Below, piece by piece: positions 13,326 to 26,900 of a stretch of 41,049 nucleotides of DNA. The notes under the pieces are model-generated. The model searched no databases. It had not been told where the DNA came from and worked only from the letters and a program-made list of their open reading frames with translations. Source of the stretch: Phoronis australis (taxonomy: Eukaryota > Animalia > Phoronida); the NCBI GenBank assembly GCA_002633005.1, contig NMRA01000535.1:154848-195896 (forward strand), written 5' to 3'. Positions within the stretch are counted from its first letter, which is position 1. Each line of letters starts with the position of its first letter. The position numbers and the translations under genes are program-made.

Positions 13326-16300
13326 CTATTTCTTCTCATCTTCCTTCTTGTTCTCTTCAGCCAACTTGGGGCGACTCTTGGCTTGTTTGGCCATCTCTGC
13401 CTCTAACTTAGCTTGTTCCTCTGCCGCCTGTTTCTCCTGGTACTCTTTAACACGCTTTAGAAACTACAACGACAAGGAAAGTGTGAGATAACTGGCATTA
13501 CTGCAATGCATATTCATGGAATTTGGTTTTCAACTTCGTAATTATTATGTGTAATGCTAACTCGTACTATGGAGTGCATATCTGAACTTGTTTTATATGC
13601 ATTTTAATTGCTGAAAATTAAAATACTCTGAGCAAAACATATCAATTGGAAATAATAGCTTGGCTTATTCATTACGTAATTCTACAGCATTAGCAGTAAA
13701 CAAGATATCAATATGACAATTATAACTAATGCTATGAAAAACCATAAATGTTATGATCAAGACAATAAATAATATACAAAGATGATAACACTCATTGAAG
13801 TCAAACACAAATTTAATAGACAATACATCTACTAAAATATACAGATACATCTTTCACCTGAAAATACCGAATATATGTTTATTTGATATTTACCTCGGGC
13901 CGTCTGGTATTTTTCTTTTCCATGAACTCCATGAATGCTTTAGCACCGTGCATTGGGGCCAACTCTGCATCCTGTCAAGAAACAGCAGTAATAATATACA
14001 GTTTTAAAGAATATTATGGATGAAATTTATTACCTTTCAGCAGCTTAGTTTTTCTCAAGAGTCTAGACTTCGAGACAATCTTTGACTACTCGTAGTGGTA
14101 CTGGTGTGGTCTCTGGGCCACATGCTCACTTTGGGCAGTGCCTGGTGGTCATCTAACTCAACCTGGTGACTGTCACGAAATGAGGCATGGAAGCCACCAG
14201 CTGGAGTAAGAAGACCACCATGTACCGCCCACAGATGACCACCTGACTCACAGATCCCCCAGTCCCCCGATGAAGAGCCGAGATGGGCACGAATACTAGG
14301 CTCCTAAGAAACATGAGGCCACCACATGGTAATGGCACCACCTATGAATATTCATTCCACAAATACAGTTATTAGGTAGCAATCTCTCCTTGAGATGAAT
14401 GCACTTCGCTAAGACAACAAGTATTAAGCCCAACAATGATGTATTCTTAACTAACAAACACAGTCTTTTGTCTGTTATGACAACAAGCAGGCCACTTATC
14501 TACCAGGCTTATTACAGACCAGTGTGAACACAGTCAAACAGACCAGTGTGAACGCAGTCAAACAGACCAGTGTGAACACAGTCAAACTCAGAGCGAATTG
14601 GTACATTCGGAAAGAATAGACTGTCGTAACTTTGGTTGTAGTTGGGCAATTTTGGCAATTCAAAAACTAAACATGATCACCATTTGACGGGAATTTCAGA
14701 AATGCTATTGGTTTATGTTCAAATATGTTATAATTCAATAACTTTTATTTTAGCAGCACTGGAGATTAGAGCAATTATCGAACAAAAAAGAACTGACCCT
14801 TCAAACATAAATGCCAGTGAGAATGGAGTTCATCAGTCATGTAAGATATTGGCTACAGGGGAGTTCTTCCCAACTTGTTGCTGGGCTATAGAATCGAACA
14901 ATGAAGTTGGGAGCAATGGGAAAACGCCGTAATGACAAATTATTACAGCAAAATATCAATCTACAAACCATTGAATTGCTCTTTTTCTTTGCTTCAGAGG
15001 TCTCCCCATCTTTAATTTCCTTTGGATCCCTCAACGGTTCTTCTGCATCCCGTTTCTTCCAAGATTTGGGGCTGAGGTACCAAGCACCATATTTAAACTT
15101 GACCCAGCTTGGAGTGTATTTATCTTGATTGCTCTGTAATACAAACACATCAAAATAATGAGCATATTACAAGTGGCACTGTCAATCAACAGAGGGTAAA
15201 TCAAAATCGTGTATAGCTAGAGTAGTCTACACTCAGCCAAATAAGCTCATCTATGAAAGAGTGTTTTGTGTGACAGAAGGAAAAATTCATTGGTTGCATC
15301 ATTTCAGTACACTGCTAATGGTTGCATCATTTCAGTACACTGCTAATGGTTGCATCATTTCAGTACACTGCTAATGAATCTCCTGATATGTCCATTGATA
15401 TTATCAACATAAAATGCACTGACCACTAAAACCGAGAAGTTTGAGCACAAAACACTATGCAATTGCAATTCAATAGAAAGTCTAAAAGAAACATTACTGA
15501 ATGTCTCATGCATATCTAAGCGTGCACAAAGTCTCATGGCTTCAACTCAGTATCTAAAGATGGCAGCATGTGTAAGTGAGTTATGAGATTAGCATGAAGC
15601 AGGGAATGCACCCAAATTCCCAGAAATGTTACATCAGCATCTGAATAGAACACACATGATACCAGAGGATTTTATCATTACAAAAGACACATTAACAGGC
15701 TGTAACAAGACCACGTACACGAGCACTTACCAAATCAACTTTTGATTTTTCACTTTGCTCTGCCTCTTTAGACACTTGAGCTTGAGGTATCGCAGCGGAC
15801 ATTCTTAACTCAGGAGGGACATTGGTTAGCTCTACGACGTGTATGGGTACAGACAGGGCTGGCTTAGTCTCATAGCCACTGGCAAACAGACTGGTTATTG
15901 TCGACTCTTCAATATTATTGCTCTCCCCACCCAGACCAGCTACCCAGTCACAGAACTCCTTGGTTACTTGCTTGATGTGTTCATCCTAAAATTAATGGAA
16001 ATAAATATCATGACTTACGACTAATCTCACACATTCTATAGATTCTGAAACAGTTTTCAGATATCCAACAGGCAAATCAATGCAAGACCAGTATAGATTA
16101 GACTTGTTTTTTGTAAAACGATTTCAGATGAACACTGAAAGGCATAAAGTATTGAGAAAGGTTATGACTGATCAATTTGAGCATTTTGATTTCTTTTACA
16201 CAAACTGTTGTTAAATTCCTCACTTCGTAGCTACAAAGAATTTTTGAAACAAACTTTTCTGAATTTTTATTCACGTTTCATGCAATTCCCCTTCACACTT

Positions 16301-19300
16301 TGCTGCATTTCTGTTCATAAATAAATATAATCGTGTATCACATAATTCCCTTTTCTTTAGTGAAAGCCTATGAAACAAACTAAATTAGTGAACGTCTGTT
16401 CATAAATAAATATGATCTTGTATCACATAGTTTCCTTTTCTTTAGTGAAAGCCTATGAAACAAACTAAATTTGTGAACTTCTGTTCATAAATAAATGTGA
16501 TCTTGTATCACAGAGTTCCCTTTCTTTACAGCCTACTACACAAAAACTGTAACAACTTGGGGTCATACCTGAGATGGAGAGCTAGCTCGCTTCTCCATTT
16601 TCTTTTTGTCTTTCTTGTCTTTTTCTTCCTTTTTGGGCAGCCATCGGTATGGATTACGTACCTTTGGTTCTTCGTCCTCTGGTTGTCTGCAACAAGATTT
16701 CAACAACATGCGGTCCAATGTCAACTGGTGTGAGAATGCATTAAATAAAATAAATGTCTTTTGCAACATACAGAAGAAAATATTCAGTGTGGGACACAGA
16801 ACAGCAGATAACAAAGATATTAGTTTTATGAAATTTTTACTCTGTGTTTATCATGGTTTTTATGCTGCGACTGTTATCAAGCAGAAATATGGGAATTTGC
16901 AGAAATTTGAAAATGTAAGTCAAGAACAACAATTTTAGTAAATATTTCCATCCCAAATCCAAGAATTTTTACCTAATGAATTACTTTAGAAAGTAAGCTG
17001 ATGAGGGGAATAGACACGGTGAAAAGCAGCCTAAATTTAGAAAACAAGGGCTTTACTAGTCTCACTCTGCACTTGGTGAGTAGATGAAGAGCACAATAAA
17101 TGTTGTTAAGGACAGTCAGTTACTCACTCTGCACTTGATGAGCAATACATTTGTTAAGGACGGTCAGCTACACCTCAGAAATTAAAGCGTTGACAATTCT
17201 TTTAATACAAATTCACCCGATAACAAATATGAATTATTGTTTCATATATGCACAAGAATTTTAAAGACTTTATCAGTGACCTGATGTGCATGTATGAATC
17301 ATTGATTCTGACAAGCATGCATTGTTTGATGATTTCACACTATGACAAGGGACAATACGAATTCCCAACATCCCAGATTCCGAACTCCCGTTTTGCAGAG
17401 GTAGAACAACTGAACTGATGGCAAATACTGCAAACCAGATAAGTTACTGTGGTATTCTGTTGCTATTTAAAGACAGCACAACTTAATGGAAGACTTATCA
17501 AAGGTCCTACCTGAAATAGCCGAGTACTCATATTAGATTATATTTCAAGGGACGTCACAAACAAGCATGAATAGTGACACACTGTAAAATTCCTCCATTT
17601 TTCTAAAAAAATCCCAACATACAGTAGACGAGACACTTACTCTTCCTCCTCTTCTTGTGGCTCCTCCTGTTGTTTCGTCTCTGAAGGTGAGAACACAGAC
17701 CTTCTGGATTCAGGTGACCCCTCCGAGCTGTCTTCAGCATCTGAGTCTATGTTCATCTCTGGGTCAAGAATGTCAACGACATCTTCGAATATCTAATGAA
17801 GAACAACATCAGTTTTAACTGGGGGAAAAACAATGTTTGCTTGAAAATCAATATTTTGTAAACCAGCCATGTAACTTGAAAACTAAACATCCCCCTGCTC
17901 ATCTGAGAGTAAGGGATGAGACAACACTTTAACAATTCTCAGTACTTCTTAATTCAATGAGTCCGAGTTGAAAATTAAAATTAACTAGTTAATAGTTGTA
18001 GGTTTAGAAACTTGAAATATACCAGAAGAAGCAAACACCAGAGGGCACCAGCGCTATACTGCATCAGAGCCAATGGTAAACTGTCATTGTATTCATTACT
18101 TCAAGAGATTGCTACAAACACACTCCTTGATTGGTGTAATATTAGTTCAATATGTGGAACTTTAAGGAAGTCAAAAGCTAAGAATACCCCAACATTTGTC
18201 AAGCATTCAACCATATTAAAAAAACTCCAGCAACAGTGTACGTGATATCAATGCATCTAATGTCACTTAATGATTATTTGTCTTATAGCAAAATGTTTGG
18301 CCAGAAATAGGGACTATAAACAGCTAGACAAGTAATCTATGACAATAATTGTGGGATTACTGAAAACACTTACATCGGGGGGCATACATTCTTCCAAATG
18401 TGGATAGAGTGCAAGAGGGTGTTGTGTGAGTCCATACTCAATCTCATTGATGTGATCTCGTCTCTGTTGCTGCAATGGTGTTGTTCTTGAGAAACATACT
18501 TCTTCTTTAGTGAATCTCTTTCTGTTCAAGTTGGCTTTTTGCTCCCTCATGCGGAGACTTTCCGAACTACCAGTAATGTTGGGCTTCAGACCTTTAGTAC
18601 CCTGTAAATTATAACTGTGGATTTCATTTTTGCTTTCAGCGTTATTGTTATGGCTTAAAATACAGTGACTGGGTGAAAATAATCAAATATAACAAGCACA
18701 AGGAGAAAACAAGATGGAAGCCAAATTGTAACAGATTATGAACAAAACCAGACTCAAGACAGCTGAGCGCTAAATTGAGAAATATAATTGTAAATGATGA
18801 GAACCTGAAATGAATTATTTAACAGGTTGAACAACTCTTTGTTCAAATATAAAACCAGCTGCTCACCATGACATGTTTGCTGCCATGAAAGATTTAGAAA
18901 ATGTAACTCAAGGATATTAAAATTAAAGGAATCCAGGACCAAAACACAAGAAACAATATTAAGGCCTTTCCCTGTTTTCAGTGGACAACTTAGTATTAGA
19001 ACACGTCTTAAAACTGCTAAGTCTCTCAGATTATAACCACTGCACTGACAACCTGAACTTTTGGAAGACACACTAACACTATCAACAAATAGCAAACCTT
19101 TACGAATATCCCATCATCACCAATAGGGGGCGGTAAACCATCTCTGAAGTCATCTAGACCTGTCTTTATGAATGACCAGTTGTCAGCTATCAACATTTTA
19201 GATGTATCTGTAGGCTTGAGAGACTTGATATAATGTGTCTGTATTCTTTCTTTATACCTGTTATAAAAACATCGAATGTGAATTAAGACATGTGATTTAA

Positions 19301-20611
19301 TAGGTACTATTCTGAGAAATAAAAAACTCACTTTATTTAGGGTTTTCAACTAGTATATAAAAAGTTAAACCACATTAGTTTCCGACATGTAAGCCCCCCC
19401 ACATACACCACAAAACAAATGAATTGGTGATAATGATTACACGTAAAACTCAATACATTGAGTCACATGTGGCGTTTCTAGGACGCACATAGTTTGCTGC
19501 AATCTTTGGAACGACTATAATTGGTAAGTAAAAAGCCACCAACACAATGTGCTAGTGATATCTTGAAGCAATGTTATGGTCATGCGATATCTTTAAAGCT
19601 CAGCCTAGTATATGACATTTTGCTGATCATAACTGATACTATGACTTTAAATGTGACTGGTGTAGCAAAAGAGAAAGTCCACTGGACTCAACTTCTTATC
19701 TGCACATATTTTGAAACAAACACAGCTTTGTTTTTTAGTGACTAACCAGAGCAAACTTTTAATTACACTACACTAGGGTGGCCTATGAATGGATTTTCTC
19801 TTAGCTAGACTTGGTTTAGTGGGTAAATTCGGAAGTGTGCTTATGTATGTGTGAACTCAGAATAAAACAATCAGGCAAAATCTTTTGTTCGTTGTATAAA
19901 GAATTTTTGTAATTATATTGACCTCATGCATCATCATCCATTTTCTCCTTTTCCAGAATTTGTGTCACAGATTCAGAGCAATTTGTGAATGGTTAATCAT
20001 TTCTTGTTTGGTGAATAAGATCGCCAATAGTTGAAAAAGCCAATAAGGGTTGAATAAAATTTAAATCATTTTATTAACAAGTGATTTGCTAAATTAGTGC
20101 AGTGCAACTTTTTATCAACGTGAATGTGCTGATTATTTGAGAGAATATACCAAGTTTCCTTGGGTATTCTAAGTTCACACATACATGATATTGAGACCAA
20201 GCAGAAAGTTTCCAAGTCAGGAGTGAGGAGCCGTCTGCACTCTTTCTTTGATTGAAACGTTTAAAAACAGTCACTAGCCTACTGTCTGATATCCGCGGTA
20301 GGAATCGAACTTCTAATCTAATAAGGAAAAATGAAGTTTAATCCATATGTCCAAACACCCAAACCAGTGCTTCCTAAACCCAGCAGACGCAATTACCACT
20401 TACAAATATCGACCGGCAAGCAATGAAGTATTCCCTCCCTGACCCTGGCTTTATTCAAGTCGAGTGGGACTCGATGTCTGATGTCTCTGATGATTATCGC
20501 AGGTAAATCGTAATTTATGGTGACGACGAAATATACTCACCATGGTTTCGGCCGAATTTTCTTGTCGGTCTTAGTGTTTACTAACGCTAAGTCATATTTA
20601 AGCTCGGCCAT
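13326..20611 (-). CDS. FAM47E: FAM47 family (FAM47E-like) protein, 454 aa; exons 20611-20541, 19257-19098, 18601-18374, 17792-17641, 16686-16569, 15985-15731, 15133-14969, 13971-13894, 13463-13326
   Basis: All introns are GT-AG with consistent phases; total 1365 nt. The motifs PWYKERIQTHY, GLDDFRDGLP, LTQHPLALYPHLEECMPPD.FEDVVDILDPE, EFCDWV..LG...NIEE.TI.SLF and KFKYGAWYLSPKSWKK are characteristic of FAM47 proteins, from recall of the family. Confidence 0.88.
14515..14587. repeat. 24-bp tandem repeat x3
   Basis: CAGACCAGTGTGAACACAGTCAAA is repeated. Confidence 0.85.
15291..15377. repeat. 28-bp tandem repeat x3
   Basis: TGGTTGCATCATTTCAGTACACTGCTAA is repeated. Confidence 0.85.
16310..16528. 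repeat. 85-bp tandem repeat, about 2.5 copies
   Basis: Units starting TCTGTTCATAAATAAAT lie at 16310, 16395 and 16480. Confidence 0.85.
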
Positions 20612-20978
20612 GACAGTTACTCTGTCAAATAAATGTTCGAGAGTAACTCGCACACAGAAACTACTCCACACTTCTCCAGCAATGGCCGAAGTTGTTTACA
20701 CCGATTTACTCATGTGTTTTTAGATGCGCGTAAAACATAAAACGTAAGCATTGAGAGTAAATTATATGAAAATGGCTTTTAAACTTATTGTTGTGTACAA
20801 AAAATGCAACTAAAATTATCTGTCACAGTGGTAAAGATGCTGAAAAGTTTAATTTCTTGCATATTTTTTTCTGTATTCTGGTACAAATATCACTCCACAT
20901 TGGAACTACGTTGTCATGGACGTCATTTCCTAAATAAGAACTCTTTCGAGTTGAAGGAATGATTATTCTACATTGAAA
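20612..20978. promoter_or_regulatory. Bidirectional promoter region between the FAM47-like and PUB-domain genes
   Basis: Divergent ATGs lie 367 bp apart. Motifs: TGTTTAC forkhead (20693-20699), X-box-like GTTGTCATGGAC (20910-20921) overlapping GACGTCA (20919-20925), and YY1-type AAAATGGCG at the + strand start codon. Confidence 0.7.
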
Positions 20979-23900
20979 ATGGCGACCTCCTCGGTTTGTT
21001 TATCATCGTCAGATTCCAGATTCCAATGTTTCTTTTACTCTTATCAGGATTATAATTTTTGTCAAATTCAATTTTCGGTGTCATGTGTCACTGTTGACTA
21101 AGTGTAGATTCAACAGAAAGTGGTTTATGTCGCAATTTTGTTTATAGTTTAATTGTGAATTTCCGGTTCCGTGTGTCCTACAAACCTGTGCGTGAACTTG
21201 GAATCCTGCTTAATCTCAAGATCGCCTATGCGTGAACTTGGAATTGGCAGTTTAAGGCACAAAGATGAAATTTTTGTTCTGTGAATTTTTTTGTAATTAT
21301 TGGCCTCACGATCAACCATTTTCTCCTTTACCGCTGAACCGGAAGGGCCGCTGAATATTCATGTAGCGCCCTTATTGGCCATTACTGCTCGAACAAACAT
21401 TTCGATAACGGAAGTATTTGTTCGAGTTGTAAGGAGTGAAACACACTGACAACCGCCTTAAGGTGTCCCTCTATGTGCAAAAGGTATTTATAACAACGTG
21501 ACTTTCATGCGTAAGCCAGTGCGAGGCATAATTGCCATAATTCGCCGAAAAGCTTCCGGCGTATGGAGCGCCTATAGGAGCTGCATCGCCTCTGGCCGGG
21601 CCAACATAGGCGATGGTCATTGCCTACTGAACGGGAGGAATACGTGAATGGCTAATCGATTATTATTTGGTGAAACTGATCGCCCGTAGTTGAAAAGGTT
21701 GGTTAAAATTGACATTATTTTATTCCAATGTAACTTGATATAGTGCAGTGCGAATTTTTACGAACATGAACGTGATTATTTGAGTAAACTTGTCAAGTTT
21801 CCTCGCGTATTCCAAGTTCATGTAACACCTCACTTCTTGAAACTAAGCAGGATTCCAAGTTCATGTACAGCAGTTCTACTACTCTAGTCTCTAAGAGTGC
21901 GGTGGCCTGATGAATTTTGCGGTACATCAGGCGTGTTTTGGCCACAAGGCCGGGGCCATTACAGTAATCACTACTAAGTACTAATACTGGTAGAGACAGT
22001 GACCACCATCTCCAGCTGACTAGAGAAGGTTTAGCTCTTATTGCGAGGAGTATAGACAATGGTAGCAATTACATCGCCCTGGATGCCACAGGCATACAGG
22101 AGCGATAGTATATTTCCACAAAAAGTTAAGAATTTCAAATTATAGGAAATAAAATCAAATGAAACATGTATATATGCGCATAGAGTTATAATTAACACAT
22201 ACCATAAGTCTGGAGAGGATCGGTCAAGACAATTTGAACAAATTGATGAAAATCTGTCGCAGTTTGCTCAAGTTTCTGTTATTGGGTGCCATTTTGAGGA
22301 TGTTACGTGAAATCACGCATGTTGAAGAATAAAACGTCCAATGGACACAAATCTTACAGATTTCACCTGATACCTTCCCATGAGATTTTGCAAGTGTCGC
22401 GTGCCAGTGTCACGCGCTTTGCTCGGTTTCGTGGTAGCCTTTGCCTAACTCACATGACTCAGTTGAAATACTTAGTGGTTATCGCGCGTGTGGTGAAAAA
22501 GTTAACCGTAACCAAAAAAGTGGGGTTGGAATTCTTCGCCAAAGTCACCTTAGTTATCGTAACTAAGCTTCATCGAAGATATGTGTAGAAGTAGAACTAC
22601 CACTGAATAAAGTACCGTATTCGCCCTAATAACCGTCTAGGGTGCTTAGAAAAATTCGTTTCAGGGGGGTGCTTATTCTAACCCAAGGCGGTTGAAACCC
22701 GGTCTCCGAAACAGGTGAAATCAGAAGCTAAGATTCATCATATTTACGCTCTGTGACGTATCTGTAACCTACGACAGACTTTCTAGAAAATTGTGGTGCA
22801 TTGCTATCAAACTTTGCTGTTAAATTACGATCACAAAATTGTGCGTAAGTCCCACGGCAAAAACTCGCTGACTGACTGGATCGCTTGTCGATACCTGAAT
22901 GCTTGAATAAAAATATAGTTTCAACTCTAGCAAATTAACTGAAATTCTTAAGTTTTCCAGATAGCATCTCTAAGATTTTTAAGCTCCTGTAGAGTCGGAA
23001 TTAACGTCAGGTTAAGTCCAAATCTGTGCTAGATTGGACCGTCTATGATCGTAGGCCTACCTGGTAACATGAGAAAAAATCTCTGGATATGCGTTTACTA
23101 CGTAAAGTTAGTTAAGGTGATATGATAAACTCTATAACAGCAATTTGACTTGAGATCACCAAAAACCATGCACTCATCGTTCAATCAATATCTGTAATAC
23201 CTGTGGTAAGCTATTTCGATGTTTTCGTAAATTCAGACATAAAAGTCTTGATCCACACAGTTTTTTTAGTTAAAAAGCTCACTATAAGGGAGCTGTTTTT
23301 GTAAACTTAGATGTTAAAGCCTTGTTCTACGTATTTTTGTAAAAACCGCACTGTGTGTGGGGGAGGGGGTTACTGGTGAATGGGGGTTGGGGGTAACGTG
23401 TCATTAGAATTATGGATGTCCTGGAGTATTGGGAACCCCATTTTGGAACCCTATTTTGGAAATCCTGGATAAAACCCTGCATCATACCACCTGCTGCACA
23501 CAGTGTTAAAAATGGCGAGTTTCCGCTTTTGGGAACTGAACGAGGGGCTGCTCAAAAAAAGTTTGATAACAGGAGTATTTCTTCACTCTGGTTTCCTGTG
23601 TTTGATGCCTCCAGTCTGGATGTGGAATTTTCTACAGTGACTTACATGTTACAGGGGTCACAGATTTCAAGAACCAGTTTGATGCCTGTTATTTAGTGGA
23701 AAAGTGGTTCTCAAAATGTGGGATCTTTGTGACTATTACCACATTTTCTAGTAGTAAATTTATTAAAGCAATGCTTTGTTGTTGCTGTTTTTATTGTTGT
23801 GTTGTTTGCAACAGCATCATTACGGTTAGATCTTTGCGGGATATCTGCAGGGAAATGTGGGACTCTGATTTTGCATCAATTGAAATGAACTAGTTAAACC

Positions 23901-26900
23901 AGAGAACGCACACCTATGTTTCCAGCAAACAGATATCTAGAAAATTGTAAATCTCACTAGTCCCAATACCTTGTAGTAAATTTCTCATGTGGAAGGCGGT
24001 CATCGAACTCGAGTCAGCGACATCAGAGAGTCGAGCATCCAAACTGTTCAGCCAAGCAACAATACAAGCCATTTAAAGACGAGGCTTTATATGAATTTAC
24101 ATCATACACAGATGTCATGTGTGACAACGTCTCTAACATTTTAATGGACAATCATCTACAGTATTCCGATATAGCAGTGACTGTTGAAATGAGCTCCGTT
24201 GTTACTTGCTAGATGGTAAAATGTTCATCGCCAATGTGAGATTTTACAGTCGTTTGTATTCTGTGCCACACCTAGGTAGTGGCAAATCCTAATCCATCAT
24301 GTACACCAGATTTTCTGCAAATTAGCTTAACCCTGGCTAAACTATCAAAGTCATGTTACCATGTCATTGTGTACCTTTCGAATGTTGGTGCCTGGATACA
24401 TTGGGAGGCAATTGTTGTCTTAAAATCCTTCCGGCTTGAACCAATAACCAAGCAATGAGCACGTTTTTTCAAACAGTTCTTTATTGTTAATGAAATTCAA
24501 GATTGCCCTCCAACTGCCAATGTGCTCACGGTCAAATGAAAAGGAGCACAGTGTTACACTTACAGGGATGTTACCTACCTGTCATCTACACAGAGAGGAG
24601 TCAGCAAAAATGAAGGACCTGTCTATGCCGTGCCTTGACTCACCATCAAACCATCAAACGATCTCTGCACAGTGGCATTACCTTTGCAAATATCAATGGG
24701 TTGCGACTGGTTTAACAAGTCAATGGAATTAAAATTCCAATTACTGTTTCATCTCTACCTCTTCAACGAAATATTAGAGTGATCGATAACACAACAAGTT
24801 ACTTTTGTTTTCTAAGTCCAATAAATAGTTCATTGTTCAATGTCGGACTTTGTTCTTCAATTGCAGGGTGGAGACACAAAAGAAATCCTATCAGTTTACC
24901 TGCAGTTGCTGACGGGGGAACTTGATAGTGTAGCATTATCAGCGTGTTTACATACACTCCAGAAAATATTGAGGTAAGAATCCGTACAAAAGTTTTACAG
25001 ATTAGCAATTCATTCTTTTAAATTCTATCATATATTGTTGCATGTTAAATTAGTACAAAAGATTATTCAGTTCTTATCATAATGGTATTTGCAGTGGATG
25101 TCCAGTAAATATTTCTAGTTTGGGACAGTCTCTAAAGTTTAGCTGAATTTTTTTTTGTTCTGAAGATTGAGATATGGACTATATCGGTGTTCACTGCTTT
25201 TTGTGTCAACAGAGTGAACTTGAACTTCACACGGAATCATTTACCAACAAGTCTGATTAACTTTTTAGTCTGTTCAGAAGATCTCTTAACAGGGAAATCA
25301 TCCGTTTTGATGTTACTTTAAGTGAAAATGCAGATATTGGTTGATACCTCATAGAGACATTTTATTTTTCCATGATGTTCCCTTCATGTACGTCTGCCCA
25401 ACGGCTTGGCAATGAGCCCACCTCTTGGTTCTACATTCCCCTCCAGTGAGCCCACCTCTTGGTTCTATATTCACTTCCATTGAACAAACACAACCTGACC
25501 TGCACAGACCATGTTCAGTATCAAGTAGGACATTATGTTTCCCACAGATGGTAAATATACAGCAGGAAAATCATTGTTATTACAAGAAATTGTTTCTGAG
25601 ATAACCGAGGGTTTGTATTTTAGTAACATAACTTCATTTAAACAAAACATAATGAATTTTGAGTGTTTCAATGCAGTAATATCAAGAAGATCTTGTACGG
25701 CACAAAACGAAAGTACCATAGTCAGGTGGCTATATAATTCTGTTTACTGCAAAAACAACACTAACAGGAAATAACTATTTGGATAGAAAAATTCTGATTA
25801 CAGAATGGCCACAGAATGACCACCTTACCAAGTGAACTTTATTGTAAAATCTCCTTCTCGCTCATCAGGTGAGACTACTTCCGCCCAATCCCAAGCAGCT
25901 GTCGTTATGACGATCATTTTACTCAGAATACTTTTGGCTTGTACTGTAGTTATTTAATATCTTGATTGTGGACATGTGTGTGTGCATTATGTGTTACTGT
26001 TTATTTAAGTAATGTTACCAAGAGTAGTGACAAGAAGTTTCGGCACATGAAGAAAGACAACAAGACGTTCCATTGTAAAGTATGGCAGTATGAGGCAGCA
26101 CACCAGTTCCTGTTGGCCACTGGATGGGCACAGGTTAGGAGTTTTGTCTATCCAGGCCTTCCATTTTCGTTGTTTTTCCAGTTGGAAACATTGTAACGAA
26201 TATAAGGTGTAATAGCATTTGAATTTAGCAAAAAAATCATCTAACTTCTGGTAATATCCCTTTTTTAACTGAATTGGACATTTCCATTGGAATTCGCATA
26301 TTTCAGTAGATGAGTACTGTTCTAAATTTCTTTAGATAAATTGCTGAAAAGAAAATAGTCAATCGAACATGTTTGAGCGCGAGGCTGACTCATTCATTAT
26401 CTGCGTCGCGGACTTTGTCAAGTTTCAGTGACTTATGGTGATTCTTCACTTGTTTAGCTCACAACATGGCTGACAAGTGATAGTTAACACACAACATGGC
26501 TGACAAGTGATAGTTAACAATAAGATATGGCTGACAAGTGATATTCTATTTTTTCAAATTTCTCCTCAAAATAAAGTTTAAGAAAATGTAGTCCAAGTTT
26601 GCAATAAGATGTTTGTTGCTTTTCTAGGATGAAAGCTGTGTTTATTTGCTGCCTGACAACAATGTGGAGTTGGCTCTAAGCCTGGTCAACCATTATATCA
26701 GGTAAAGCTTCTTAAAGTCCAAGAAGCACACGTTAGCCTTTATTACATGGTTAGAGGATGTTATAAGGATCCAAGAAGTACCTACCCCTTAACTAATACA
26801 CAATCCGTAATCGAATAAAGGTTAAATAAACGCGCCACTCACGATTCGGACCCGAAGAACACACCGCCATTTTGAACTTACCGCGAACCCGGAAGTACAT

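Noticed and set aside
25869-25957. Possible extra exon of the PUB gene after ctcatcag
   Set aside because: It is not needed, because 24973 splices in phase to 26010 and completes the PUB motif. The two frames I translated hit stops.
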